From Lewinellaceae bacterium (GTDB taxonomy: Bacteria; Bacteroidota; Bacteroidia; Chitinophagales; Saprospiraceae), in contig CAVVFF010000007.1 in assembly GCA_963747415.1 (NCBI GenBank), forward strand, positions 582,207 to 646,206: DNA of 64,000 bases, in the 5' to 3' direction. Positions within the stretch are counted from its first letter, which is position 1. The number at the start of each line of letters is the position of its first letter. The position numbers and the translations under genes are program-made. The notes beneath the pieces were generated by a model, which had not been told where the DNA came from, made no database searches, and was given only the letters and a program-made list of their open reading frames with translations. Shown here piece after piece: positions 56,002 through 64,000 of the stretch.

Positions 56002-58317
56002 ATGCCCGATCCACAAACCTCCGCCTACCTCGATTCCCTGAACGACGTACAACGGCAGGCAGTGACTACGGTAGATGGGCCGGTATTAGTCGTGGCAGGT
56101 CCTGGATCTGGCAAAACAAGGGTACTTACCTACCGCATCGCTTACATTATCGAGCAGGGCACGGCTCCCTGGGAAATTTTGGCGCTTACGTTCACGAATA
56201 AGGCAGCCCGGGAGATGAAGGAGCGGATCGAAACCGTGGTAGGGAAACGGGCTAGCTATATCTGGGCGGGTACCTTTCACAGCCTGTTCGCCCGCATCTT
56301 GCGCGTAGAGGCGGAGCACATCGGCTACCCGAGCAACTTCACGATCTACGATACGGACGACACCAAGAGCTTGATTGGATCGATCATCCGGGAGATGCAC
56401 CTCGATAAGCAGATCTACCAGGCCAACGCCATTAAAAATCGCATCAGTTCCGCGAAGAGTAGTCTGATCACCCCGAAGCTCTACGAAAAGAACGAAGAGC
56501 TCCTGGCCCAGGATAAGATGGCCAATATGCCGCTGGTGTATAAGATCTACGCCGCTTACGTGGCCCGGTGCAAACAAGCCGGGGCCATGGACTTTGATGA
56601 CTTACTCTTTCGGCTGTACGAACTCCTCCAAAATCACCCCGAGGTGGTGAGCAAGTACCGGGAGAAATTCAAGTACGTGATGGTAGACGAGTTCCAGGAC
56701 ACGAATACGCTGCAGTACGCGATCATCAAGCGGCTGGTACAGTATCCGAACAGTCCGCGCAATATCTGCGTCGTGGGTGACGATGCCCAGTCAATCTATG
56801 CCTTCCGGGGAGCTACCATCCAAAATATCCTGGACTTTGAGAACGATTTCGGAAAGCACAATATCAAGGTGTTTAAACTCGAGCAGAACTACCGGTCCAC
56901 CGAAAACATCGTCAATACCGCCAATACCGTTATCAGCTATAATAAGCGGCAGATACAAAAGAAGATATGGAGCGATAAGGGGGTAGGGGACAAGATCCGC
57001 GTGATCAAAGCCGTCGACGATAACGAGGAGGGACGACGCGTCGCGGACACTATTCTCGAGCAGAAGAACCGTTACCACCTCCAGAACAGCGATATCGCCA
57101 TTCTCTATCGTACCAACTCGCAATCGAGGATCTTCGAGGAGTACCTTCGGCGTTTCAATATCCTTTACCGGGTCTATGGGGGATTGAGCTTTTACCAGCG
57201 CAAGGAGGTGAAAGACCTGATTGCGTACTTGCGCATGGTCGTAAACCCTAACGATGAGGAAGCGTTTCGCCGATCCATCAATCACCCAAAGCGGGGGATC
57301 GGGGGCACCAGTTTCAGCAAGATTACCGATCTGGCGCGTCAAAGGAACCTGCCCCTCTTCGAAGCCCTGAAGCACGTTGCCCTCCCCAAGCGGACGAGGC
57401 ATGCCGCCGATGGCTACATCCACATCATCGAACAGGCCCAGGCGAAGGCGACTACGGCTAATGCCTATGAACTGGCTGACGCCATCGCCAAGGGATCGGG
57501 CCTTACCGATATGTTGCGAAACGACAAGTCGATCGAAGGCATGGGGCGCCTGGAAAACCATGAGGCCCTTTTGGACGGTATCAAATCATTTGTAGAAGAG
57601 GATACGCTCATCGATACCGATACCTTGCCGGATAAATCGCTGGCCACTTACTTACAGAATATCGCCTTGCTCACTGATTTCGACAGCAACGAAGAAAACC
57701 AGTCGGGTGATGTAGTGACCCTCATGTCCGTTCATGCTGCCAAAGGGCTGGAGTACAAGGCTATATTCGTCGTTGGCCTGGAAGAAAAGCTCTTTCCCAG
57801 CTGGATGAGCATGGATAGTATGGAAGGCTTGGACGAGGAACGCAGGTTGTTTTACGTAGCGATTACCCGGGCAGAACTGTACCTCACCCTGAGTTATGCG
57901 AACACCCGCTATCGGTATGGGAAAATGGTCATGAACGAACCCAGCAGGTTCCTTGCCGAGGTACCCGCGGATGCCGTTGAGAATACGTCCACGAACCGGC
58001 GCAGCGCCGACCACGAATACGATAAGGTGGCACAGCAACGGGAGCATCGAGCGCGGGTGACCGGCATCGCCCCGAGGACCCGAAGGGGCACGGCCCGTTT
58101 TGCCAGTCCGAAGGTTGATCCGGCCACATTTGTACCTAGCTCATCGGATGAGGTTCAGGAAGGACGCAAAGTGCTCCACCTGAAATTTGGCGAGGGGAAA
58201 GTCTTGAATGTCGATGGCGGAGTAGATAACCGTATCGCCACCATTCACTTTAGCGAACTTCCGCAGCCGGAAAAGCGGATCATGTTGAAGTTCGCGAAAT
58301 TACAAGTACTGGACTGA
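56002..58317 (+). CDS. uvrD: UvrD/PcrA ATP-dependent DNA helicase
   Basis: AGPGSGKT, TFTNKAAREM, VDEFQD, VGDDAQSIY, LEQNYRS, HAAKGLEY, EERRLFYVAITRA. Confidence 0.95.
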   Translation: MPDPQTSAYLDSLNDVQRQAVTTVDGPVLVVAGPGSGKTRVLTYRIAYIIEQGTAPWEILALTFTNKAAREMKERIETVVGKRASYIWAGTFHSLFARILRVEAEHIGYPSNFTIYDTDDTKSLIGSIIREMHLDKQIYQANAIKNRISSAKSSLITPKLYEKNEELLAQDKMANMPLVYKIYAAYVARCKQAGAMDFDDLLFRLYELLQNHPEVVSKYREKFKYVMVDEFQDTNTLQYAIIKRLVQYPNSPRNICVVGDDAQSIYAFRGATIQNILDFENDFGKHNIKVFKLEQNYRSTENIVNTANTVISYNKRQIQKKIWSDKGVGDKIRVIKAVDDNEEGRRVADTILEQKNRYHLQNSDIAILYRTNSQSRIFEEYLRRFNILYRVYGGLSFYQRKEVKDLIAYLRMVVNPNDEEAFRRSINHPKRGIGGTSFSKITDLARQRNLPLFEALKHVALPKRTRHAADGYIHIIEQAQAKATTANAYELADAIAKGSGLTDMLRNDKSIEGMGRLENHEALLDGIKSFVEEDTLIDTDTLPDKSLATYLQNIALLTDFDSNEENQSGDVVTLMSVHAAKGLEYKAIFVVGLEEKLFPSWMSMDSMEGLDEERRLFYVAITRAELYLTLSYANTRYRYGKMVMNEPSRFLAEVPADAVENTSTNRRSADHEYDKVAQQREHRARVTGIAPRTRRGTARFASPKVDPATFVPSSSDEVQEGRKVLHLKFGEGKVLNVDGGVDNRIATIHFSELPQPEKRIMLKFAKLQVLD

Positions 58318-58333
58318 TCGTTTAAACCGGTGC

Positions 58334-59545
58334 TTACTGCATGTTGGTGAGGTTCCAAATGTAGACTGACAGGAAAGTGATCACCGCAAGGGCCAGTCCA
58401 CCGATGAAGGTATTGTAGCTGATGGTCAGCAGGAGGTACTTACGGTGGAGTACTTGTCCCAAATCGTAGAGATCCCGTGCCAGGTCATCGTATAGGCTGT
58501 CCTGATCCATTTTCATTTCGGACAGGTACTTGATGAAATCTGATTTTTCGATTTTTAGAAAGTTTCCGAAATAAAGCAGGCTGGCCTCTTTACTTTCCAG
58601 CAGGCTGGTCTTCTTGATCCGGTACTCCGTTACTTTCGGGCGGGCTGAAAAGACCGCGAAGACGACCGCCGTAAGGGAGCTCATCAGCAGGATAATGATT
58701 GGTGCCAGGAACTCCGGGCTCGTGAAGAACAGATCCTCGAAAAAGCTTAGACCCGCTCCCGAAACGGCAATCAAGATAGACAGGATGATCGTATTGATAG
58801 AGATCATCATGTTTGCTTTATCATCCGCGATACGACTTAGGTTGATGTGATTGCGGAAGGCCGTGCGGTACATAGTATCTATGCCCCGGCCGAAGTTCTT
58901 GCCGGTTTTGGCCTTCACTTCCTTTTGCTGGATCTTATAGTTGTTCCCCTGCTGTTTACTTACGTTTTTGCGGCGACGCTTGTCGAACTCCTGCTTGCCC
59001 TCATCGGTGAGGTAGTCAAAGTTTAGCAAGAAGGCCTGCATCTCGTGACCGAAAACCACCGGATCACCTTCTTTACCTTCGATAGCTTCCCGTTCAAGTT
59101 GCAGCAAATCGGACCTGCGGTCGTACCGCTTACGACCGAGCCAGTTCCATACCGCATCGTGTAGCAGCCGCACGGTGAGTTCGCTACTATCGGAGGCGTC
59201 AGGGACCGCGAGGATCCATTCAGCGGATTGACCGATGTCGAAATTGGCTTGCTTGCCGAATTTTCGAAGTTCCTCAGCGGACCGCTGGGTAAAGTTTTTT
59301 GGCCCCTGGATGTACCCTAAAGGATAAAAGATACCGGCGACTTGCAGTAATTCCTTAGTCCGCTCATCCAAGCCAGCCATATCCGCCAGCTCTTCGGCTT
59401 TATCTGCGATCTCCTCGGAGTAGGCATAATTATGAAATAGGTAGATCGGATCGAGTTCTTCGTTGAACCGACTACGTACGTACTGTTTCGCTTTGCCGAG
59501 CAAAGTTTCTTTTTCTGCGATTACGGCTTTCTCGTCCTTACTCAT
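58334..59545 (-). CDS. Degenerate HD domain fused to a Pycsar-type (DUF5706/PycTM) membrane effector domain
   Basis: N-term FHNYAYS..AGIFYPLGY (HD replaced by YP); C-term RNHINLSRIADDKANMMISIN, ARPK, LLYFGNF, LHRKYLLL with 3 TM segments. Confidence 0.8.
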   Translation of the reverse strand: MSKDEKAVIAEKETLLGKAKQYVRSRFNEELDPIYLFHNYAYSEEIADKAEELADMAGLDERTKELLQVAGIFYPLGYIQGPKNFTQRSAEELRKFGKQANFDIGQSAEWILAVPDASDSSELTVRLLHDAVWNWLGRKRYDRRSDLLQLEREAIEGKEGDPVVFGHEMQAFLLNFDYLTDEGKQEFDKRRRKNVSKQQGNNYKIQQKEVKAKTGKNFGRGIDTMYRTAFRNHINLSRIADDKANMMISINTIILSILIAVSGAGLSFFEDLFFTSPEFLAPIIILLMSSLTAVVFAVFSARPKVTEYRIKKTSLLESKEASLLYFGNFLKIEKSDFIKYLSEMKMDQDSLYDDLARDLYDLGQVLHRKYLLLTISYNTFIGGLALAVITFLSVYIWNLTNMQ

Positions 59546-60476
59546 TTGTCGCCGGTTGCTTCATTCTGGTGAGTGTGGCAATGATGCCATTTCCCGAGCC
59601 GTTTTCTTCGCTGCTAATGTACAAATCCCCCTGCGGAGAAAAAGTGATCCCCTCCGGCTGTCGGAAGGTGCCGGCTTCTAACAACTCCACGTGCTTTACT
59701 TCGCTGTCGCGGTCGATCACGACTAAGATCTTACCTATGGAGGAGAGAACGAAAATATCATGGGTAATGGGATCAACCGCAACACCACTTGGCTTTATAA
59801 CGTATTCGCGGTTTCCGCCGAAGACGATCTGGCCGATTTCTAATTCATCGATGTAATAGCTTGGTTGAGCTAACATCTTCATCGTTTCCAAGTCAAAGGT
59901 GTAAATGCCCCGCCGTTTGCTGTTCTCCTCGGTCGCATTTAATTGCTGCTCCTTGGGAGCGATCAAAAGGGTATTCGTCAATGAATCGTAACAAATGCCT
60001 TCGGTATCGTTGCGATAGCTGAAACGCGTTTCGATCTTCTGAGAGGATACTTCGGTAATGGTATCCAAATAGTTGAAATAGTGCAGGTCACCGTCGGCCT
60101 CCAGCACGAAAATTTGATTGCCCGCCCGGGCTACCCCCTCATAATCCAGATTGTCGCCGTAGCTGATCGTTTGCAGGACCTGACCCGTGATGGGGCTTAC
60201 CAAAAAAAGAATGCCATCTTCATCCTGGATGGCAAAAAGTTCGTCCGAATTAAAGCCGGGGCATAACCCACTTATCTCGTCGAGCTCATTGGAAAGTCGT
60301 GTTACCCGGTCCAGCCGGTCGAAATTGAAGGGAAAGAAATAGTCGTCGTCAACCGTAAAGCTCTCCATTTCGGGACGCTGGCTGACCGTGAAGGCAACGT
60401 AGGCGCCGCCAATGCACAGTACGACGAGCAAAATGATAACACTGATCAGGTTGGGTTTTTCCCAGATTCCGTTCAT
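59538..60476 (-). CDS. SdiA-regulated/YjiK-like beta-propeller with an N-terminal membrane anchor
   Basis: LDEISGL, DYEGVA, DTEGICYD, KPSGVAVDP, QPEGITFSPQGDLYISSE; overlaps the next gene by 8 nt. Confidence 0.8.
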   Translation of the reverse strand: MNGIWEKPNLISVIILLVVLCIGGAYVAFTVSQRPEMESFTVDDDYFFPFNFDRLDRVTRLSNELDEISGLCPGFNSDELFAIQDEDGILFLVSPITGQVLQTISYGDNLDYEGVARAGNQIFVLEADGDLHYFNYLDTITEVSSQKIETRFSYRNDTEGICYDSLTNTLLIAPKEQQLNATEENSKRRGIYTFDLETMKMLAQPSYYIDELEIGQIVFGGNREYVIKPSGVAVDPITHDIFVLSSIGKILVVIDRDSEVKHVELLEAGTFRQPEGITFSPQGDLYISSEENGSGNGIIATLTRMKQPATNE

Positions 60477-60489
60477 GGACGCGTTTGAT

Positions 60490-63400
60490 TTAGAAGGGGA
60501 AGCCCGCCGCAAAGTTCAAACGGCCGCTTTCATCGTCAAGAAAGTAGGTCAAACTCAGAATGGTGGCACCCAGGGGAGCAACCCACACCCCCCCGCCGTA
60601 GCCAAAGTGCCAGGTGCTGCTGTCCTCGCCGTTGAGCCAAACGCGCCCGTGGTCCAGCCCGAGGATGAATCCCCCCACAGTCGGCACCTCGCCCTTGCCA
60701 AATCCGAAGCCCATGAATCTAAGATCCACATTTTGGTAGACCATCTTGTGTCCCAGGTAGCGGTCTACCCGGGCGGCCCGGTAGTTGGACCGCCCGCCCA
60801 TGGAGGCCAGCTGGTAAAATTCCGGATCTCCACCGTTGTATTCGACCCCGAAGCGGGTGGCAAAGTTGATGGCTTTGGTAAGCATCCGGTAGAAACTCAG
60901 GTTTCCTCCCACTTTAGTAGCCTGCCGATCGGTATTGTCCAGATTAATGCTGTGACGTGCATATATGTCGTACTTCACGCCGTTGTCGGCGAGCAGGGGA
61001 ATGGCCAGGTTATTGGAACTCAGTTGCGCTTGCAGTCCAACAAAGGGCTTGGGTTCGAAGAAATCTAGGTATTCACCGGATTCCGGCAACTGGCTGATGA
61101 GTGTGAATTCGGCCGGGTCATCCAGGTCGTACCGGTGATAAAAAGGGCCGATGGAGAAACTCAGCCGGTTTCGTTGGCCGCGGAACCGTAGCATGGGGCT
61201 AACAAAAATCTCTTCTCGGCGTGCCCGATTGTACTCGAGAATTTGGTCTTCGTTGATCCCAAATTGGTCGACATTATCCTCGTCGGGTTGTCCCGGGTTG
61301 TCATTTCCAAGCCCGAAAAAGTTAGCTACGTAGCCCGGACTATAATAATGGGCATCTATGAGCAAATCCGACCTCCTTGCAAAGGCGTCGTTGATCTCCC
61401 CCTTATAGTAAACCTTCCAAAATTCATTGGTACTATAGCTACCTCCTATACTGTGGCGCTGTGAATAAGGATCCGGTTTCCATCCCATAATGGTGTGGGT
61501 CAACCCAGCTCCGAAGAAAAAGCCATCGTCTACGTTGAAGCCGATGGTAGGCGAAGGGATCGTATAGTCCGGATAGTACTCCTCGAAATCAAACGTATTC
61601 AGCTCGGGGAATTTATCCGTTCGCCGGTCCTTGAGCCGGTTCGTATTTCCCAATAATTCCATGCCCTCTTCTTCGTCGTATACCTTAGCTCCCAAGCGGC
61701 CTTCGGCGATCGCTTCATCTCCGTCGGTTCCCCCGATCAAACGAATATCCACGTCGCTGTCCGGTCCGCGTAAAACGAATTTGTCATCACCGTCCAGTCC
61801 GTACAGATTGACGTTTTGAGTTTCACTGGGTGTGAAAACGCGCGAGTAGTACAACTCATCGGCTTCCCCTTCGCTATCCGCATCGAAGACCTGAACCTGG
61901 AGGTTGCCGTTCTCGAGACCTTCCAGAATGAAATAGTCGTCGCTGTCGGTTCCCTGTATATTGACGCTTTCGGCAAGAACTTCGTAGTACTCCTCGGCAA
62001 ACCGGTCCAACTGGCTGAGGCGCGACTTTAGTTTTTCATCAATGTGTTCTTCCCGCAGGCTGTAGGAGAGTACTTCGGGCGGCATGCGTTGGAGGGCGGC
62101 ATCGATGTCCGCCGAAGTAAGGGTTTCCTGGATGTACCTAGCTTGCGCGATCATTTCTTCGCGGGTAATTTCATTGAGGAATACCCGGTCATTCCACTTG
62201 CCGTTCAGGGCCCGCCACCTGGCGTGGTCAAGATCGCCGGTGAAGGGGCGGAGTTTACGGGCTTCGGGCACGAAGACCCGGGCCAGTCCAAGTAGTCCGC
62301 CATCAAAATCGCTGAAGACCTGGTCGCGGTCACGTCCGACGGGAACGTAGCGGGTCCGTCCGTCTTCCTGCTCGAAAGAAGCCCAGCGCCACTGATCGCG
62401 GTGCCGATCCCAATCGCCGATGAGGAAATCGAAAAGCCTCGCCCGCGCAAAATTCTCCTGGTCGACATAATTTTTCCAGTCCTCCCAAAGCAGCTCCCGC
62501 ATATTGCTGTTACTGACGATGAGTTCACTGCCACCGAAAAAATCGGTATCACTCCAGTCTTCATCCGGCCGTTGTTCCAGCCAGTACATTTCTCCACCGA
62601 AATTGACATTGAAATCGCCTAGGGCAGGTTGTTTTGGCACGTAAAACAGATATGGATCGGCAGCCAGCAGTCCGAGCTTTTCCTGCAGCGGGGGCAGCGT
62701 AAGCGGAGAGTAGGGGTGTATAGCCGTAAACTGGTCCTTTGCCAGGTCAGCGGCAAAACTGTTTTCAAGCAAACTCGGGAGCAACTGCGCCGGGTTCTTG
62801 CGTACCGAACGCAATTGGTAGAGGTGGCCATCGGCACCTTCGGTGTGCAGACTCATGGTCGTCATACCGCCCCCCCGACGGTAGGGTTGGAGGCCACCGA
62901 AGATGGTATCAATCATGAGCACCGGTACCTCGACGGGTATATAATAAAGCGGACGGTAGTGCCTGCCGAAGGTGGATTCGTAAGTGGAATTTTTATTGGC
63001 GGGATCTCCGGCGTAAATGGCCGTGCGAACGGTATCATCGTTCACGACTTCGGTGGGTACCGGATCGATGCCAACGTCCTGTGGTTCGAAGCGATCTTCA
63101 ATAATCCGACGGTAGAATGTGCGTTCCTGATTGCCTTCTTCGTCTACGGTATAGAAACCGACGTAGACGGATCCGTCTTCGTAAAAATCCAGTTTGCTGT
63201 AGCCGATTGCTCCCTGGACAAAATTGGCATCGTTTCCACCGATCCCCGGTCCGCGTACACTGCCGGAGCCTGCGACGATATTTACGTATTCGTCCTCGTG
63301 ATTAAGCATCATGATGTGTTCGTGAGCGGAAACGAATATCACGTTGGTTTCGTCGTCGATACCCGCCTCAACCTTGCGCACGTACTCCTGGTAACGAAGG

Positions 63401-63999
63401 CTGTTGATATCCTGCGCTCCGCCGCCCACACCCTGAATCAAACGGAAAATAGTGCCTACGATCGGCAGTGGAACGTATGCCCCCGGAATGAGGTCCGTCA
63501 ACGGAAATAGGTGCTGCTTCAGGCTGAATTGGCCACCCCGGTTACCGTTGGCCTGTAGGGGATGATGCATCATAACGACCTTAACCTGATCCCGGTAGCC
63601 TTTGATCTCATCGGCCAGGGCAAAGGTCATCGCATCGCGGTTGGTATAATCACAGCCCTCACTAACCTCCTCATCACGGTCCCAATCGGCCAGATACCAG
63701 GCGGTATTCACGCCGATAAGTCCGACCCGATCGAGCAACTCTTCGTCGTCGGGACCAGAGCAGGCATTGTTTGGCATGAAGCGGACTTCCTTTTCGCTGT
63801 TATCTTCAACGTATTCCTCCAGGCGGTCGAGGCGGCTAAACTGACCGCTTCGGGCGATCTCGTTTTCTCCCGGGGTGTAATAGATGGCTCCGGGCACACG
63901 CTGGAAGCGCTTGATCAATTCGTCTAGAAAAGCCTGGTCGTCGTCATCCGGATTCTTTTCCCATCCTTCTTTGCCAACGATGTCGCCCAGCAGCAGCAA
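60490..63999 (-). CDS. Metallophosphoesterase-like + atypical kinase-like + Omp85/BamA-type barrel fusion (5' end outside window)
   Basis: GD..GENE..MHHP..SAHEH phosphoesterase; GGGMTT..DWDRHRDQW..RDRD kinase-like; GxDGDD repeats; beta-barrel ending AAGFPF. Confidence 0.85.
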   Translation of the reverse strand: MLLLGDIVGKEGWEKNPDDDDQAFLDELIKRFQRVPGAIYYTPGENEIARSGQFSRLDRLEEYVEDNSEKEVRFMPNNACSGPDDEELLDRVGLIGVNTAWYLADWDRDEEVSEGCDYTNRDAMTFALADEIKGYRDQVKVVMMHHPLQANGNRGGQFSLKQHLFPLTDLIPGAYVPLPIVGTIFRLIQGVGGGAQDINSLRYQEYVRKVEAGIDDETNVIFVSAHEHIMMLNHEDEYVNIVAGSGSVRGPGIGGNDANFVQGAIGYSKLDFYEDGSVYVGFYTVDEEGNQERTFYRRIIEDRFEPQDVGIDPVPTEVVNDDTVRTAIYAGDPANKNSTYESTFGRHYRPLYYIPVEVPVLMIDTIFGGLQPYRRGGGMTTMSLHTEGADGHLYQLRSVRKNPAQLLPSLLENSFAADLAKDQFTAIHPYSPLTLPPLQEKLGLLAADPYLFYVPKQPALGDFNVNFGGEMYWLEQRPDEDWSDTDFFGGSELIVSNSNMRELLWEDWKNYVDQENFARARLFDFLIGDWDRHRDQWRWASFEQEDGRTRYVPVGRDRDQVFSDFDGGLLGLARVFVPEARKLRPFTGDLDHARWRALNGKWNDRVFLNEITREEMIAQARYIQETLTSADIDAALQRMPPEVLSYSLREEHIDEKLKSRLSQLDRFAEEYYEVLAESVNIQGTDSDDYFILEGLENGNLQVQVFDADSEGEADELYYSRVFTPSETQNVNLYGLDGDDKFVLRGPDSDVDIRLIGGTDGDEAIAEGRLGAKVYDEEEGMELLGNTNRLKDRRTDKFPELNTFDFEEYYPDYTIPSPTIGFNVDDGFFFGAGLTHTIMGWKPDPYSQRHSIGGSYSTNEFWKVYYKGEINDAFARRSDLLIDAHYYSPGYVANFFGLGNDNPGQPDEDNVDQFGINEDQILEYNRARREEIFVSPMLRFRGQRNRLSFSIGPFYHRYDLDDPAEFTLISQLPESGEYLDFFEPKPFVGLQAQLSSNNLAIPLLADNGVKYDIYARHSINLDNTDRQATKVGGNLSFYRMLTKAINFATRFGVEYNGGDPEFYQLASMGGRSNYRAARVDRYLGHKMVYQNVDLRFMGFGFGKGEVPTVGGFILGLDHGRVWLNGEDSSTWHFGYGGGVWVAPLGATILSLTYFLDDESGRLNFAAGFPF

Positions 64000-64000
64000 C

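Noticed and set aside
58334-59545. Complete Pycsar defence system
   Set aside because: No nucleotide cyclase in the visible neighbourhood; the effector is fused to an HD-like domain and linked to envelope genes instead

Overview
A 64-kb stretch of a GC-rich Bacteroidota chromosome, Saprospirales/Lewinella-like by gene content, by TAnnTTTG promoters and by T9SS and SusCD genes. It is mostly housekeeping: lipB, folC, fabH, corA, the bamD-rpoZ-coaBC-DUF4835 operon, xseB, dps, arfB, nusB, rplU-rpmA, trpDCF, nfu/fdx/iscX, bioA, a kdsC-like gene and uvrD. I found no prophage, IS, CRISPR, tRNA or rRNA. The strongest candidate for an undescribed system is the apparent operon at 58.3-64 kb. It encodes (1) an Omp85-type barrel fused to a degenerate metallophosphoesterase and an apparently intact HipA/PI3-4K/CotH-like kinase module, (2) a membrane-anchored SdiA-regulated/YjiK propeller, and (3) a catalytically dead HD domain fused to a Pycsar-type (DUF5706) membrane effector, with no cyclase in view. 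Other highlights are three related GTAG-type REP-like tandem arrays that start at or beside stop codons, a TIMP-like protein with a T9SS-type tail, an orphan LexA/CI-like repressor behind an 85-bp palindrome, a probable 6S RNA, L27 with an HhH tail, a Dna2-like nuclease-helicase and a frameshifted Ppx/GppA gene. All family assignments come from motif recognition by eye; no searches were run.
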